From NCBI GenBank assembly GCA_977017575.1, contig CDRNVI010000052.1:186001-250000 (forward strand): a DNA stretch of 64,000 nt, in the 5' to 3' direction. A program made the position numbers and the translations under genes. Of this stretch, positions 19,543 through 31,270 are shown piece by piece. This DNA comes from Paramoeba atlantica (lineage: Eukaryota > Protista > Discosea). Each line of letters starts with the position of its first letter. The first letter of the stretch is position 1. The notes under the pieces are model-generated. The model searched no databases and had not been told where the DNA came from. It was given only the letters and a program-made list of their open reading frames with translations.

Positions 19543-21483
19543 ATGCACGACGCAGAATCTAGTGAAGCGACTCCGTTCATGGAGTTCCAGTTGCAAAAAA
19601 TTCACGCGATACATCTAAGAAGTATTGAAAATTATAGTCAAATGAAAAATTCTCTAGTTGAGGAATTAGAGCTTTATCGCACCTTGATTCCAGACTACAA
19701 AATATTAGCGCACAACAAGCGGGATCGCAACGCACAGGAAAATCACTCTCATCGCGGTCACATACTCAAAAAGAAAGAAATTATTGCTCTGGATAAAATG
19801 CAAGAATCTCTATTGGACTGTTACCAAAATTACCTTACCATGCTTATCTCTTTTACCCAGAAAAAGCATCCCGAAAGTCAAAGCTTGGGTAGTCGCTGCA
19901 TTGCGGAGTTGGTAAATTTTGCCAAAAACTTCAATTTCAACCAAAAACTTCTTTGGGCGGCGGTGCAAAACGCCAACTCCAAGCATCCTTCGGTCTCCAA
20001 ACCCTGCTTGCTGGCCCTACAAGAGGTACTCGCCTGTGAGGGCTCCGATGAGGCCTGTGTAATCGTGGTCGATCTGCTACTCGATTTAGTCCGTGCACGA
20101 AAGCACGCGCTGAATCCTCGACTTCTCTACGTCCTGCTTTACATTCGGGTGCGTGTCATCGACATTCACCGTACATGGGATCAGGACAGTGCTCATCGTG
20201 CCCATTCCAATGCCAAGAAGTCGAAAAAAGATGCTGATAAACTTTCCCACCGTCTACAGACCCTAGAGGGGACCAAATCTCGAGCCTCGATCGCGGCACG
20301 ACAAACCCGGCTGTTTCACAAAGTGATGACCATCTACCTACGCGTACTGGAGGCCTCTCAGCGGTGTTCCGAGTTTCACCAATCCCTTCTCCTCGCCCCT
20401 ACGCTGGAGGGATTGGTCAAATACGCCCACCTTATGAATGTGGAACTCTACGACACCCTATTGAGTGCCATCCGTGATCTTCTCCAGGATAATCAACACA
20501 CCTCGTTAAGTGTGGCCCTGCACGCGTTAGTCACCGTAACCTCCCTGGCGGAGCAACAAGCGAAACAGCTCCCGAAAACTTCGATTTCCTCATCTAACCC
20601 CTCTGAAAAGAATCCGATCAGCCCAACCCCGGCTATTGGAGATTTACAACAATTCCACGATATCCTCTACGCTCTGTTCGATGAGGTCTGGACTTCACCT
20701 CCTCGTGCAGAGAAGCGTGAGGAGCCGAATGTGTTGTTATCCTCCGCCGAGGAAGGGGAGGATGAAAAAACAACAGCGGCAGAGGGGGAGGATGAGGAGG
20801 TACGCTCGCTGTGCTCCTCCCAGGGAGGAGAGAGCAGCGGCACAACTACCTCCAAGGGCGCCTCCTCCTCCGATGGGGGGACGCTGTCGATTGCAAAAAG
20901 CATGGCGGAACGTAAGCACGTGCGGCACTCGGTGGCCCAGGAATGGAGTTACCGCACCAAACTGCTGCTGTCGGCGTGTGAGAAATTGTTGGTGCAAACC
21001 AAACGGCTTCCGGTGGTTCGTATTACCGCTTTCGTGTCTCGTGCGGCACGGTACTTGCCCCATCTTCCGTGCCATTTAGCTCTCGGAGCGCTGCAGTTGA
21101 TACAGAGTTTGTTGCGTGTCTACCCAACACTGTGGGGCATGTTACAAGGAGGGATGGAACATACCAGTGGGGTTGCGAAGGTGAGTAAGACACACCCGCA
21201 TATTGTGGGCTTGGAGTGCGCAAGTCCGGATTATGATGTCGGTGCACAGCGTCAGATGTTGTGGGAGTTGAGTTTGTTACGGCGCAGTTACCATCCAGGA
21301 TTGCGTCAGACGGTCCAAGAGACGTTGAAATCGTATCGTCAACTGGCGAAAAATCGAGATCGCACGCAGGTAAATCAGAAGAGTGTGGTTCTTTCTCAGG
21401 ATGTTGTAAGTCAGTATGATACCTCGAAAGGAGGCTTTTATCCGCAGCCTCAGATTCCGAAAAAACTCAAGTCAAGCGTTTGA
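19543..21483 (+). CDS. NOC3: Nucleolar complex protein 3
   Basis: LLDCYQNYL, CIAELVNFAKNFNF, LEGLVKYAHLMNVE, CBF-domain RITAFV, and LWELSLLRRSYHP. Confidence 0.85.
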   Translation: MHDAESSEATPFMEFQLQKIHAIHLRSIENYSQMKNSLVEELELYRTLIPDYKILAHNKRDRNAQENHSHRGHILKKKEIIALDKMQESLLDCYQNYLTMLISFTQKKHPESQSLGSRCIAELVNFAKNFNFNQKLLWAAVQNANSKHPSVSKPCLLALQEVLACEGSDEACVIVVDLLLDLVRARKHALNPRLLYVLLYIRVRVIDIHRTWDQDSAHRAHSNAKKSKKDADKLSHRLQTLEGTKSRASIAARQTRLFHKVMTIYLRVLEASQRCSEFHQSLLLAPTLEGLVKYAHLMNVELYDTLLSAIRDLLQDNQHTSLSVALHALVTVTSLAEQQAKQLPKTSISSSNPSEKNPISPTPAIGDLQQFHDILYALFDEVWTSPPRAEKREEPNVLLSSAEEGEDEKTTAAEGEDEEVRSLCSSQGGESSGTTTSKGASSSDGGTLSIAKSMAERKHVRHSVAQEWSYRTKLLLSACEKLLVQTKRLPVVRITAFVSRAARYLPHLPCHLALGALQLIQSLLRVYPTLWGMLQGGMEHTSGVAKVSKTHPHIVGLECASPDYDVGAQRQMLWELSLLRRSYHPGLRQTVQETLKSYRQLAKNRDRTQVNQKSVVLSQDVVSQYDTSKGGFYPQPQIPKKLKSSV

Positions 21484-21721
21484 TATCGGATGGTTTCTTG
21501 AATTTTACGTTTGGTCTTATTTTTTCATAATATCAAGGTTCCACATTGTACACATGTACCTTATGAGCGACATTTCCGTGCATTTTTTCAATTTTTCATG
21601 ATTTTTATTTGGATTTATGGAAACTACAGAACTAATGCTATGAATTGAATTGGGATGACTTTTCTACGAAAGGCGCTTTGGTTTTCTTTTCAGTTTACGC
21701 TAGAAATGGTACAGTAATGGT

Positions 21722-24700
21722 ATGTCATCCATGACTACACTACCAGGACAAAGTGAATCGTTTGAAGAAACGTATTCCAGCGAGGAAGATTGGGAAATAT
21801 GTTCAATTAGAGACCAAGGCAACTATTCACCCGTAGAAAGTGTCTTGAATGTACCCGCAAGCCCATCTTTTTCTAACAAAGATTCAAAGGCGTTTACTGG
21901 CACATCTAAATCAGATTCACTACGAAAACTAAAGCTGAAACAGTTTGAATTAGCCTTTCGGCGCAAAAACCTGCGACTATTATTGCGTTTTGGTGCTTTG
22001 CAGCTCATGCATCTTTATTCTCTTTGTTGTGCCAGCTGTGATATCAGTACTGATACTGTTGAAGTTACATGTGTGGATAGCCAAAGTGTTAAAAGGTCCC
22101 TACCATTGGGTGAACAAGGGACTCCTTCAACAAAAAAGAGGATTTTACGGAGACAGAATAGTAAAAAGACTTCGAAAAAGTCACATATTCCGAGTTCTTT
22201 TCACAATGTTCCTCCGTACTTGCTCACATGGTTTAACTCTGAAAAGGAAAAAGAAGCATCAAAACTTCCAAAGCAAAAGCAATGGATTCTTGCCTCTGAT
22301 ATTCTTAAAACTGAATTTCAGTCGAGTGAGAAACGAGGGCTTTCCTCATCTGAATATCCCACTTTTGAGCTTGTCCGAAGGCTGTTATTGGGCATGTATA
22401 ACCTTAATGGTAGACACACTGAGAATTTCTCGGCCTCAAAATCTTTATCTCATGAATTCACTGGAGTATTCTCCATCAGCTCTGATTTTACAGCTGCCTT
22501 GAGCTTTACTACATTGTGCTTGAAACATGGTCTCCCGGTTCGCCTTCTGGGATCCTTTGACACTTATGGCAAAGAGGTCACTCTTCCTTTGGATCCGCCG
22601 ACCACCGATTCCTTATCCAAAGAGACAGCAGATTCATCAATAGCTCTTTGGTGTGAAATTTACGTTGTTGAATGCAATCAATGGATTTCAATATTGCCTG
22701 GTATCGGTATCGCGTCAACGAAGCTGACAGAACTGTATACTTGTGGCAAACGAGCATTTCAAGCTGATTTTGACGAATTACATCTGAAATCAATTCACCA
22801 TGGATGGAATATGCCATACAGCTTAGCTGTTGGGTTACAACTAAACAACTTTCGTGTGCACTCTTCGAAAGTTTCAAACTCATGTTTGCAAGTACGGTCA
22901 AAAGAAAGTCTCACTTCTCCAGTTCGGTCACATTTTTACCTTCTTGACGTGACTCCACGTTACGTTTCCCTTTGGAGCGAAGTCTTGGCTTCTCAACGCA
23001 AAGATGACATCAAGGTTCCAAAAGTGTCCAACTGGCTGAACCAGGCTGTAGAGGCTAAATTGAATCGAAAGCAAGCCCAAACACCTACTTCAGTTGAGGA
23101 ATCATCTGAAATTGTCAGTCGTCATTTTAGTACCACCGCCTCACACTTATCTTCGGGTCATCCGTCGCTTGCGTCTGCTCGTTTGAAATCGCTTTCCTCT
23201 TCGGCCTTGGGGTCATCTCCTTCCAACTCCACACTCGCTAACAAAAAGGGTTACATGTGGGGCATTGTATCCTCATCCTCCTCTTCCTGTTCCGGGGATT
23301 ACAGCTCCGATGATACAACCTCCCCTTTACCATTTTCACCCCTGCTTCCCGACTCTTTTCCACCACCCCACCACGAACCACAACCACCCCCCTCTTCTTC
23401 CTCAACCCCCCTCCTCTCCTCACCCTCCACCCCTCACCTCCCCCAACCCCTCTCCCCCTCCCTCCCCTGGTTTACCTCCATGACCGCTCACCTCACCCAA
23501 TCCTCTTCTCACCTCGCTCTCTTCTTCTCCCACACCTTCTACACACTCTTCTGGACCACCCACTCATCTTCTTCCCCAAAACCTCAACCCTTCTCCGAAA
23601 CCTCAAAGAAAACTTCTTCAATGGTGTCTTCAACCGCTTCCTCAATGGTGTCTTCAACCGCTTCCTCAATGGTATCTTCAACGGCTTCCTCAATGGTGTC
23701 TTCACCAGCTTCTCCCTTGGTTTCTTCAACAGCTCCTTCAACCGCTCCTTCCATAACTTCCCCAACCGCCTCCTCCACCGCTTCTCCCAAACCCCACAAC
23801 AGCGCGCTCTCGTCCTGCTCCTGTTACTCTTCTTTTTCTTCTTCTTTTTCTTCTTCTTTTTCTTCCCCCCCCTCCCCTCCCCATGACTACCCCGGGGCGC
23901 CCCGCGAACACGCCCAGCTCACCGCCCTCCAACACGTCACCTCCCCCGTCCCCTCCACCCTCCGCCCCCTTCGTCGTCACCCGCTCTACACCACAGAGGC
24001 GTCCCTCCGGGGCGACCAGGCGCTCCACCCCGCCGTGGTCTGCCCCCACTGCGGGCACCCCAGCCCGGTGGTGGCGGGCTACGTCCGGGGGGTCCCGGTG
24101 GTCCACCGCTGGGGGGTGCACCGCGTGCGGACCCGGCTGCAGTGGATACGGCACGCCCGGGGGGTGCCGCGGGCGGGGGAGGTGCCGGTGAGGCTGCGGG
24201 GGGGGAGGGGGAGAAGGGGGTTGGGTGAGGGGTTGGGGGGGGGAGAAAACAACCCCGCGGGGGGGTTGTATGGGAGATGGCAGGTGGAGAGGTTTCGTCC
24301 AATGGAGTGGGTGGGGGGTCCGGAGGCGCCGTTACCGCGGAATGGGTATGGGAATTATGAAATGGTTCATCATAGGGTTCCGGGGAGGGGGCTTTATTAT
24401 GTCTCGGATAAGAATGCGCGTGAGGTGATTGAGGCGGAGCGTTTATCCCGTAGGAAGGAGCGGAAAGGGGGGAGTAAAAAGGGGGATGAAAAAGGCGATA
24501 GTTTGGAGATTCCGGAATATGTTCCCGTTCTGGTGGGTTTTGACCGTATTGAGCTTCACCGCTGGGTGCCACGTCTTCAAGGTGTGATTGTGAAGGAAGC
24601 GGAATATGAGTCAAAGTACAAGCCGTTACAAGATAAATGGGGGGCAATTTGGGATAGGGAAGAAAAGCAACGTGCAAAGGATAAGGCGATGGCCTTTTGG

Positions 24701-24772
24701 TTTTTCTACATTCGTCGTGTAGTTGCACACCATAGGCTACGAGAAACTTATCAAGGCTGGTCGTCTGTCTGA
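21722..24772 (+). CDS. XPC: DNA damage recognition protein XPC/Rad4
   Basis: Transglutaminase-like WCEIY....QWI, DVTPRY, BHD motifs HPLYTTEASL, PRNGYGNYEM, and PVLVGFD...W.PRLQGVIV. Confidence 0.85.
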   Translation: MSSMTTLPGQSESFEETYSSEEDWEICSIRDQGNYSPVESVLNVPASPSFSNKDSKAFTGTSKSDSLRKLKLKQFELAFRRKNLRLLLRFGALQLMHLYSLCCASCDISTDTVEVTCVDSQSVKRSLPLGEQGTPSTKKRILRRQNSKKTSKKSHIPSSFHNVPPYLLTWFNSEKEKEASKLPKQKQWILASDILKTEFQSSEKRGLSSSEYPTFELVRRLLLGMYNLNGRHTENFSASKSLSHEFTGVFSISSDFTAALSFTTLCLKHGLPVRLLGSFDTYGKEVTLPLDPPTTDSLSKETADSSIALWCEIYVVECNQWISILPGIGIASTKLTELYTCGKRAFQADFDELHLKSIHHGWNMPYSLAVGLQLNNFRVHSSKVSNSCLQVRSKESLTSPVRSHFYLLDVTPRYVSLWSEVLASQRKDDIKVPKVSNWLNQAVEAKLNRKQAQTPTSVEESSEIVSRHFSTTASHLSSGHPSLASARLKSLSSSALGSSPSNSTLANKKGYMWGIVSSSSSSCSGDYSSDDTTSPLPFSPLLPDSFPPPHHEPQPPPSSSSTPLLSSPSTPHLPQPLSPSLPWFTSMTAHLTQSSSHLALFFSHTFYTLFWTTHSSSSPKPQPFSETSKKTSSMVSSTASSMVSSTASSMVSSTASSMVSSPASPLVSSTAPSTAPSITSPTASSTASPKPHNSALSSCSCYSSFSSSFSSSFSSPPSPPHDYPGAPREHAQLTALQHVTSPVPSTLRPLRRHPLYTTEASLRGDQALHPAVVCPHCGHPSPVVAGYVRGVPVVHRWGVHRVRTRLQWIRHARGVPRAGEVPVRLRGGRGRRGLGEGLGGGENNPAGGLYGRWQVERFRPMEWVGGPEAPLPRNGYGNYEMVHHRVPGRGLYYVSDKNAREVIEAERLSRRKERKGGSKKGDEKGDSLEIPEYVPVLVGFDRIELHRWVPRLQGVIVKEAEYESKYKPLQDKWGAIWDREEKQRAKDKAMAFWFFYIRRVVAHHRLRETYQGWSSV

Positions 24773-25320
24773 AGTCTTGGTCAGTTTAAAGCTCGCAAAA
24801 CAACATTTCACTTCGAACACTTGATGCATTGTAGGGTTTACGGTGAAAGTCATTATTCTGAGAATTGGGTGTTGAACGTTGACAGAAAAATAATTTTTTT
24901 GGTCTCTATTTTCAGGATTGGGTGTTGAACGTTGACAGAGCCTCTGTTGATGGGTCGATCATGAATTCTCATTTTTGAGCGAAAATGCAAATTCTATTTC
25001 GAGAGGATTAGAACGTAAACTTTTGGGGAAGCTATTACGGTTCAAACTTAAATTCTACCATCACTCTTCAAGAACATGATGCACTAAATATTGAAGAAAA
25101 AGGCGATGGAGATACCAATAGTACAGGTTCTGCAATTTCCCACAGGAAAAACGATACATCCCTTATGGTGTGAGAGCATACACGCGCATACAAAGGTGAA
25201 GATGCCGTTTTTCATGTGGAAAACTGCCACATACATGTATGTACTATTTGTATCTCCCTCGTCCACTTTGATATGGGTTAAACGTTCTCTCTGTGTTGTT
25301 TCGGAACGTTTCTTTTCTTT

Positions 25321-25782
25321 GTGATGAAGATTGTCATTTCTCAGCTCACTTCGAACGTCCATGATACAATGAATCCTTCTATTGACTGATTAATTTGTTC
25401 ACAAACCCCTTCACGCTTATAATCAATCACTTACTGTGATTCCCCCTTTAATATACACCCTCTTCCCCCCTTAATCCCCCCTTAATATGCACGAATTTCA
25501 TCTAAATTTAATTAAGGAAAGGAACGCGACGCGAAGCGGTGCGTTTTTTGGGGGAGGGTCTCCACTTCTCTTACGCACCCTCCCCCCCTTTATCTTGTAG
25601 AAACCCGAAAAACGTGTGCATATTCGGGGGGGGGGGGGGGGGGGGGCACAGTACATTGATGAATCATACACTTTGTGATGAACATTATCATTTCTCAGCT
25701 CACTTCGAACGTCCATGATACAATGAATCCTTTTATAGTCTGATCGGTCTTTTGGATTTTTTACAAATCTCCTCACGCTTAT
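25321..25782 (+). repeat. Pair of ~110-bp direct repeats flanking a G21 run
   Basis: GTGATGAA..TT.TCATTTCTCAGCTCACTTCGAACGTCCATGATACAATGAATCC at 25321 and about 25675; G run at 25626-25646. Confidence 0.75.
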
Positions 25783-27540
25783 AACGCGGCCCTTTGGATA
25801 GCTTTTTTCATGTTGGACATCCCCAGTGATCAGGGGTTTATAACATTTTTTAAATTATAACTGATAATTTGAATATACAGTCCAGGTACTGGTTTCCCCC
25901 CCCCCTCCCAGGCTCCAGAACACACCGTAAGAGCTTTTGACCCAATTCCTTCGGCATTCAACAGATCTCGAAAAACTAGAGCGTTTCCCACCGTTTGTTT
26001 GCCTATCAGCCCTCCTGGGTCAAAAATATTTAGGAAAAACACGAAAAAATAGCATAATTTTACTAAACAAAATTCCAATATTTCAAAACTTTGGGAGTTT
26101 TTCATTCAAATATGGTTTCTCATTCTATGAATTTGAGGGATACTCCCATCAAATCTACTAAAGACCAGTACTAAAGGCCAGTACAACTCACCGAAAAGCA
26201 AGATACCCCCTATTACCCATAAAACGTCACGAAATGCACTCCCAGAGCGCCTTGACCGAATTGTAAAAGAAATTTTGAAACCGGGGACTGAAAAACATCT
26301 CCGGAAGGCGATAAAGAAAGCCATTTGTGATGCTTAAGCGTCGTCCTTATCGACGCCAATTCTTAATTTGTATAAATTCAGTTGCTAAAGGCTTGCGAAT
26401 TGTGCGGAGCGTTCAAGGAGACCAGTGTAGGTATTAAATCTGTCCCCCCCTACTTATGCGCAACCGTTTGACCCGGCCACTTAAGCGCAAATTTGACGCA
26501 TCGTTCAGAAGAACAGCGCCGCAAAGCGGCGCAATTTTCTTTTTTGTGGTACGAATTTTTGTACAGATTTTCGCTGCTCTTGAAATGGAGAGTCCCTTTG
26601 GGCGTTCAAAAATGATCTCCAGCGATCTCCTCTGATCCACACTGATCTCCACCGGTCTGTACGGCGAGTCTTTGCATACTATACTGTACTGTACATCAGA
26701 GGAACTCTCCTGCCACGTACTGTACGCTTTTGAAATGATCAGTGCACCAGCGTGCGGCACCGCCTAGATGTGGGGCGGGTAAAGATAACGTGGGTAATTG
26801 CACTACAAGTGCATGATAAACTTTCGGACCCACGCTCTTAAAAGTCCGTTCTTTTCCTACAATTGATCGGGTGCTCGCAAAAAAGGCACTTACCTCGTGA
26901 TGTGGTCATTCGCGGGCATAAGTAACCATACAAGCGAAGTACTGTACCTCCTCCCTAGTTATCTCTCACACGTCACCCCCTGTCCGACTGATCTTCCAAT
27001 GAATCGGTAAACCCTTCGAACCTCGAAAAAATACCCACAGCGTTCGCAACCGGTCGCGATCTGTCGTTACCGATCGCGATTGGTTGCCACCGTTCGACAG
27101 CGAGCTACAGGTACCGTCTGCACCCCTCCACTGATGGTACTAACGCCGACCAACTACCATTTTCATTAATTATTTTTTATAGATATAAAAATGGGCGAAG
27201 TATAAAGGGGGGGTCACAGTAATTATAACTCATTTTTTTTATAAAATATAATTTATAGAAAATGGAGAGGGAGTGTATAAAAAGCAGCCCCCCGGGTCAC
27301 CCCGCGTACATAACTCATGATTGAAACACGCGCCGCGAAGCTTTCTTAAAAAAAAAATTCACTCCTTTTTTTGACCCGGCTGCTTATGCGCAATTTTAGG
27401 CCAAAACCTGGTTGCGCTTAAGTGGGGGGGGGACAGCATGTAATCTCGAGTGCAAGATTATATTCTAATCGTTTTTTGTTACGACATTATACAATTAATA
27501 TTCAAATTACGACATTATACTCAAATGCGATTTGAATATA

Positions 27541-30500
27541 ATGTCGCCCCCCGGTTTACATACATGCACATGTACCTTTAGGGGATGCGAAAAATATGAT
27601 TCATACATCGCAATCCAATGCACCCTTATTACTGAATTACTTCAGAGTGATGTAATTGTACTGACTCAGTATATCCCACTCCATCTTAAACACAAAAACA
27701 GCGTTTGCGTAGACTTCTCTTTTATGAATGAAAAGCGTCGTTTTTCAATTCTTTTTGTCAACAAGCCTTCTTATCAGCCAAAAGTAGCAGCAGTACGTAA
27801 AGCATCCAACAAATCTAATTTATTAGGCTTCAGTTTGACTTATCATGATGTAGTTTCCCTTTTTGACGTCGACGGAAAAGACGGTTATCTTGATGTTTAC
27901 CTCAACCTTTGTCACAGGAAATATCCCGCAGCATCTTCCTGTCATCAAAACACGGATGTTAGCTGTTCGGCTTGTCTTGCTGCCAGTATTCTTCCTGATC
28001 AATTTCTTCGTGCTGAGCTGCAGGAGTCGTTTAACTTAAAAGACAGAAAGTCATTACTCGTAACAAAAAAACGCAGATCTGCTTCTAGGCATTCAACAGA
28101 GCATGCTCAACGCCACAAAGGCATACTTGCCACATGGAAAACTGGACAAATCGTCATGTCAACAATCGATTATGTTTCTTCGAATTCAGATTTCTCAGAA
28201 AATGTCGCGGTCACAAGTTCTGCTAACGAATCAAGGAATATGCAGGCATCGCAACTGACACTTTTCTCTTTATCCTCATTTTATCTTATCTGCTCGTGTG
28301 TTTCATGCTTTGGTAAATTATCTCATCTGACATCGGAACGACAATCAAAGATAGTTTCAAAGCCTGCGGTCAGATCAGGGCTGCTACCCCAGCAATCACT
28401 TAGCATTCGTGAATCTTTGAAATCATCGCCTTTGTCAAATGTCTCTCTTTCTCGCAAAGTTGAAATGTCGAATATTTCTTGTCGGGTGATGCTTTCTCTT
28501 CAACAAACGGGTCCTGTTTGGAAGACGGCCAAGTTTCATCAAATCGATGCTGTAAATTTCTGTCTTCGATGTGCATGTACGGACTCACTACGACACGATC
28601 TTACAGACGTTTATCTTTCCCATAAACTTTTTATGCATCCTGATGCTCCTAAAGACAATTTTCTTTTGATTCATGCTTCAACCTCAAGGAGTGATGCCGA
28701 AGTCCGCTCTGATTCAGAGCGAGGCCATAAAGATGACTTGACCAAGAGCCGAAGTTTGTCGAAGCAAATTGCTGAGGATCTTTTACGTGTTTTCGATTAT
28801 TCGATATCAGAATCTGCATTTCGTTCAGAGATAAAAAGCAGCGAAGGTACTACAACCGGAGTACCGAACTTACAAGCCACCACGGAGCATGGATCGAAAT
28901 TTGCTAAAATTCCTTTCATTTCCTTGCATACTGCTGCACATCATGAACATTGTTGTAGCCGTGATGCAGTAGAGGTATCCGTGGGCAAGCGATGCACTTC
29001 ACCTCGTGGTTGCATTTTGGCCGATGAAATGGGATTGGGAAAGACGTTATCTTGTCTTCTTTTTCTTCATCACACGATTCCCTCTATTTTTTCTAAGGCA
29101 ATCATTCTGTCTCCACTGTCTGTTCAGGATAATTGGATGCATCAACTTACCTGCTGGTTTGGAAGTTCCACTTCACTACGAATTCTACGGTATCATGCCT
29201 CATCAGAAACGGATTCTGATTTTTCATCCTTTTTTATTGGCTCAAAATTTAACATATTGTTGATAACGTATGACACCGCTCGATCCAAGCTGTCGAAACT
29301 AGCTATCACCAATTGCGATGTATTGGTGTGTGACGAGGCGCATCGATTGAAGAATATGGGAACACGCACACGTCATGTAATTCAGACCATTCCCTGTCGC
29401 TTTCGACTTGCAATCACGGGCACCCCCATGCCAAACCACTCGCGGGAGATCATCTCTTTGATGTCTTTCATCACAGAATATACACTGGTCGAAAACCTGG
29501 AACGACTTTCCGAGGATCATATTCGCATGCTACTGAAAAGTTTAATGCTACGAAGGACGATGAAATCTGTTTCTAAAGCTGAAGAAATGTTAGCCAAAAA
29601 TAATATTATTGAAGCTCCGCTCTTAAGTGATGGCTGTGAGAATTCGCACAATGCTAGTCGTCGTGGTGGAACAAGTGTGCCAAACGGCTCAACTAAAGAT
29701 TCTCCAACCTCTTCATCCGGTCTTCCTTGCTGTACTATTCATTTTGTTTCTTGTCGAAATCCGGTTCAAAGTAAAATTTCTCATATCTCAAAAGAAAAGT
29801 TGGAAGACAATTCCGGTGACTTTGAAATATCTTCATGGGTGACGACACTCGCAATGGATGCTGGCTCTTACGACAACGAACCTTCGTGTGTTGACCCTCT
29901 ACCGAAAATTCCCGCAGCCAAGTTAAACGCAAAAGACAGGAATACCTCTCGTCTAAGTCCAATTGAAGTCTCTGCACAGCAATCTCTTTTTGATAAAGAT
30001 TCATTGAACATAAAATCAGTACACTCTTGTCGACACGACTGCTCTACGAAATTAAACTTCCTCTCATGCTTCCTTACGTGTTGGATAAACGCTGATGAAT
30101 TTGCGGAGGAGCAGTTGATCATCGCTTCCTACTCGACCACAGTACTCGATTATGTCGCATCTTTCTGTACCTCTAACGGTTATTTATTTTACCGACTTGA
30201 CGGACAATCCTCACCAACCGTTCGCCAAACTGTACAAAGGCATTTTGGTCCTTTTTCAAAGCCACAGACGAATTCGTCTCTCCATCGTAGTGAACAAAAT
30301 TCTTCCAAGTCATCTTTCATGCAAACAGAACAGCGAAATTGTGTTCGAATTTTGCTCCTAAGTTGTCTTGCAGGTTCAGAAGGTATCAATTTACAACGGG
30401 CTAATCGGCTTGTTTTGATGGATGCCTACTGGAACAGTGCCGCAGAAAAGCAATGCATTTCTCGAGTTTGGAGAACGGGGCAAAAGAGAAACGTTTATGT

Positions 30501-30804
30501 CTATCGTCTTTTTCTGAACAACAGTGTGGAGGAGAATCTCTTGAAAATGCAGAATGACAAAGACCAATTGTGGTACAACTTAGTGAGGAATTCGTCACTA
30601 AGCGTTCAAAATCCTAATTTCTCAATGGCAGATATTGAGTCTAGCGATGCCCTTTTGGTTTCAATTGTCCAAGCTTCCTTTCCTTCGAAGCTAGAGAATT
30701 CTGGCATGCAGGCATACTCAACTTTTCAAAACAAAAGCATTAATTTGACAATTTCGATCTTTGCTTCTCAAATTACTTCTTATAAAACATTCGAATCATT
30801 GTGA
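27541..30804 (+). CDS. SNF2-family ATPase, Rad54-like
   Basis: GCILADEMGLGKT, DEAH, TGTP, RLDG, AGSEGINL, QCISRVWRTGQKRNV. Start codon uncertain. Confidence 0.85.
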   Translation: MSPPGLHTCTCTFRGCEKYDSYIAIQCTLITELLQSDVIVLTQYIPLHLKHKNSVCVDFSFMNEKRRFSILFVNKPSYQPKVAAVRKASNKSNLLGFSLTYHDVVSLFDVDGKDGYLDVYLNLCHRKYPAASSCHQNTDVSCSACLAASILPDQFLRAELQESFNLKDRKSLLVTKKRRSASRHSTEHAQRHKGILATWKTGQIVMSTIDYVSSNSDFSENVAVTSSANESRNMQASQLTLFSLSSFYLICSCVSCFGKLSHLTSERQSKIVSKPAVRSGLLPQQSLSIRESLKSSPLSNVSLSRKVEMSNISCRVMLSLQQTGPVWKTAKFHQIDAVNFCLRCACTDSLRHDLTDVYLSHKLFMHPDAPKDNFLLIHASTSRSDAEVRSDSERGHKDDLTKSRSLSKQIAEDLLRVFDYSISESAFRSEIKSSEGTTTGVPNLQATTEHGSKFAKIPFISLHTAAHHEHCCSRDAVEVSVGKRCTSPRGCILADEMGLGKTLSCLLFLHHTIPSIFSKAIILSPLSVQDNWMHQLTCWFGSSTSLRILRYHASSETDSDFSSFFIGSKFNILLITYDTARSKLSKLAITNCDVLVCDEAHRLKNMGTRTRHVIQTIPCRFRLAITGTPMPNHSREIISLMSFITEYTLVENLERLSEDHIRMLLKSLMLRRTMKSVSKAEEMLAKNNIIEAPLLSDGCENSHNASRRGGTSVPNGSTKDSPTSSSGLPCCTIHFVSCRNPVQSKISHISKEKLEDNSGDFEISSWVTTLAMDAGSYDNEPSCVDPLPKIPAAKLNAKDRNTSRLSPIEVSAQQSLFDKDSLNIKSVHSCRHDCSTKLNFLSCFLTCWINADEFAEEQLIIASYSTTVLDYVASFCTSNGYLFYRLDGQSSPTVRQTVQRHFGPFSKPQTNSSLHRSEQNSSKSSFMQTEQRNCVRILLLSCLAGSEGINLQRANRLVLMDAYWNSAAEKQCISRVWRTGQKRNVYVYRLFLNNSVEENLLKMQNDKDQLWYNLVRNSSLSVQNPNFSMADIESSDALLVSIVQASFPSKLENSGMQAYSTFQNKSINLTISIFASQITSYKTFESL

Positions 30805-31270
30805 TCAGTATTTCTGTATTGTAAGTTCGTCTTTAAATGCTATCTTTTCGTCTTTATGCAGTTAAGGATGGCTTGTCAGTCAAGGTTTTTATTCTTTTAA
30901 CCTTGCGAATCTTTGTTTTCTTTCGTTCCGTCATTTTCACTGTGTACTACGCTGTACTTGCCTGTTCATAGTTCATTTCCTTTTTCTTTTTCTGCCTTCT
31001 ATAGTTGCTTGTACTTCTATAGTTGACTGTACTTGCCTGTTCATAATTAATTTCCTTTTTCTTTTTATTCCTATAGTTGATTGTTTTTATTTTATGAATG
31101 CGATAAAATGACTTCACCCTAATACAGGTTCTTCGCTCTATTACATTCTGCTTCCCTCAGCAACTTCATACAAGTTTATATGTTCTATGGCTATTGAAGT
31201 CTATAAAAAGATTTTTTAGAATATTTATTCGTTTCTTTGTTTTTCATCTTTGCCTCATGTATTTATTTTG

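Noticed and set aside
23238-24728. Overlapping Pro- or Gly-rich ORFs (also 10049-11604, 20633-21247, 34367-35271)
   Set aside because: Shadow ORFs caused by extreme skew over genuine genes.
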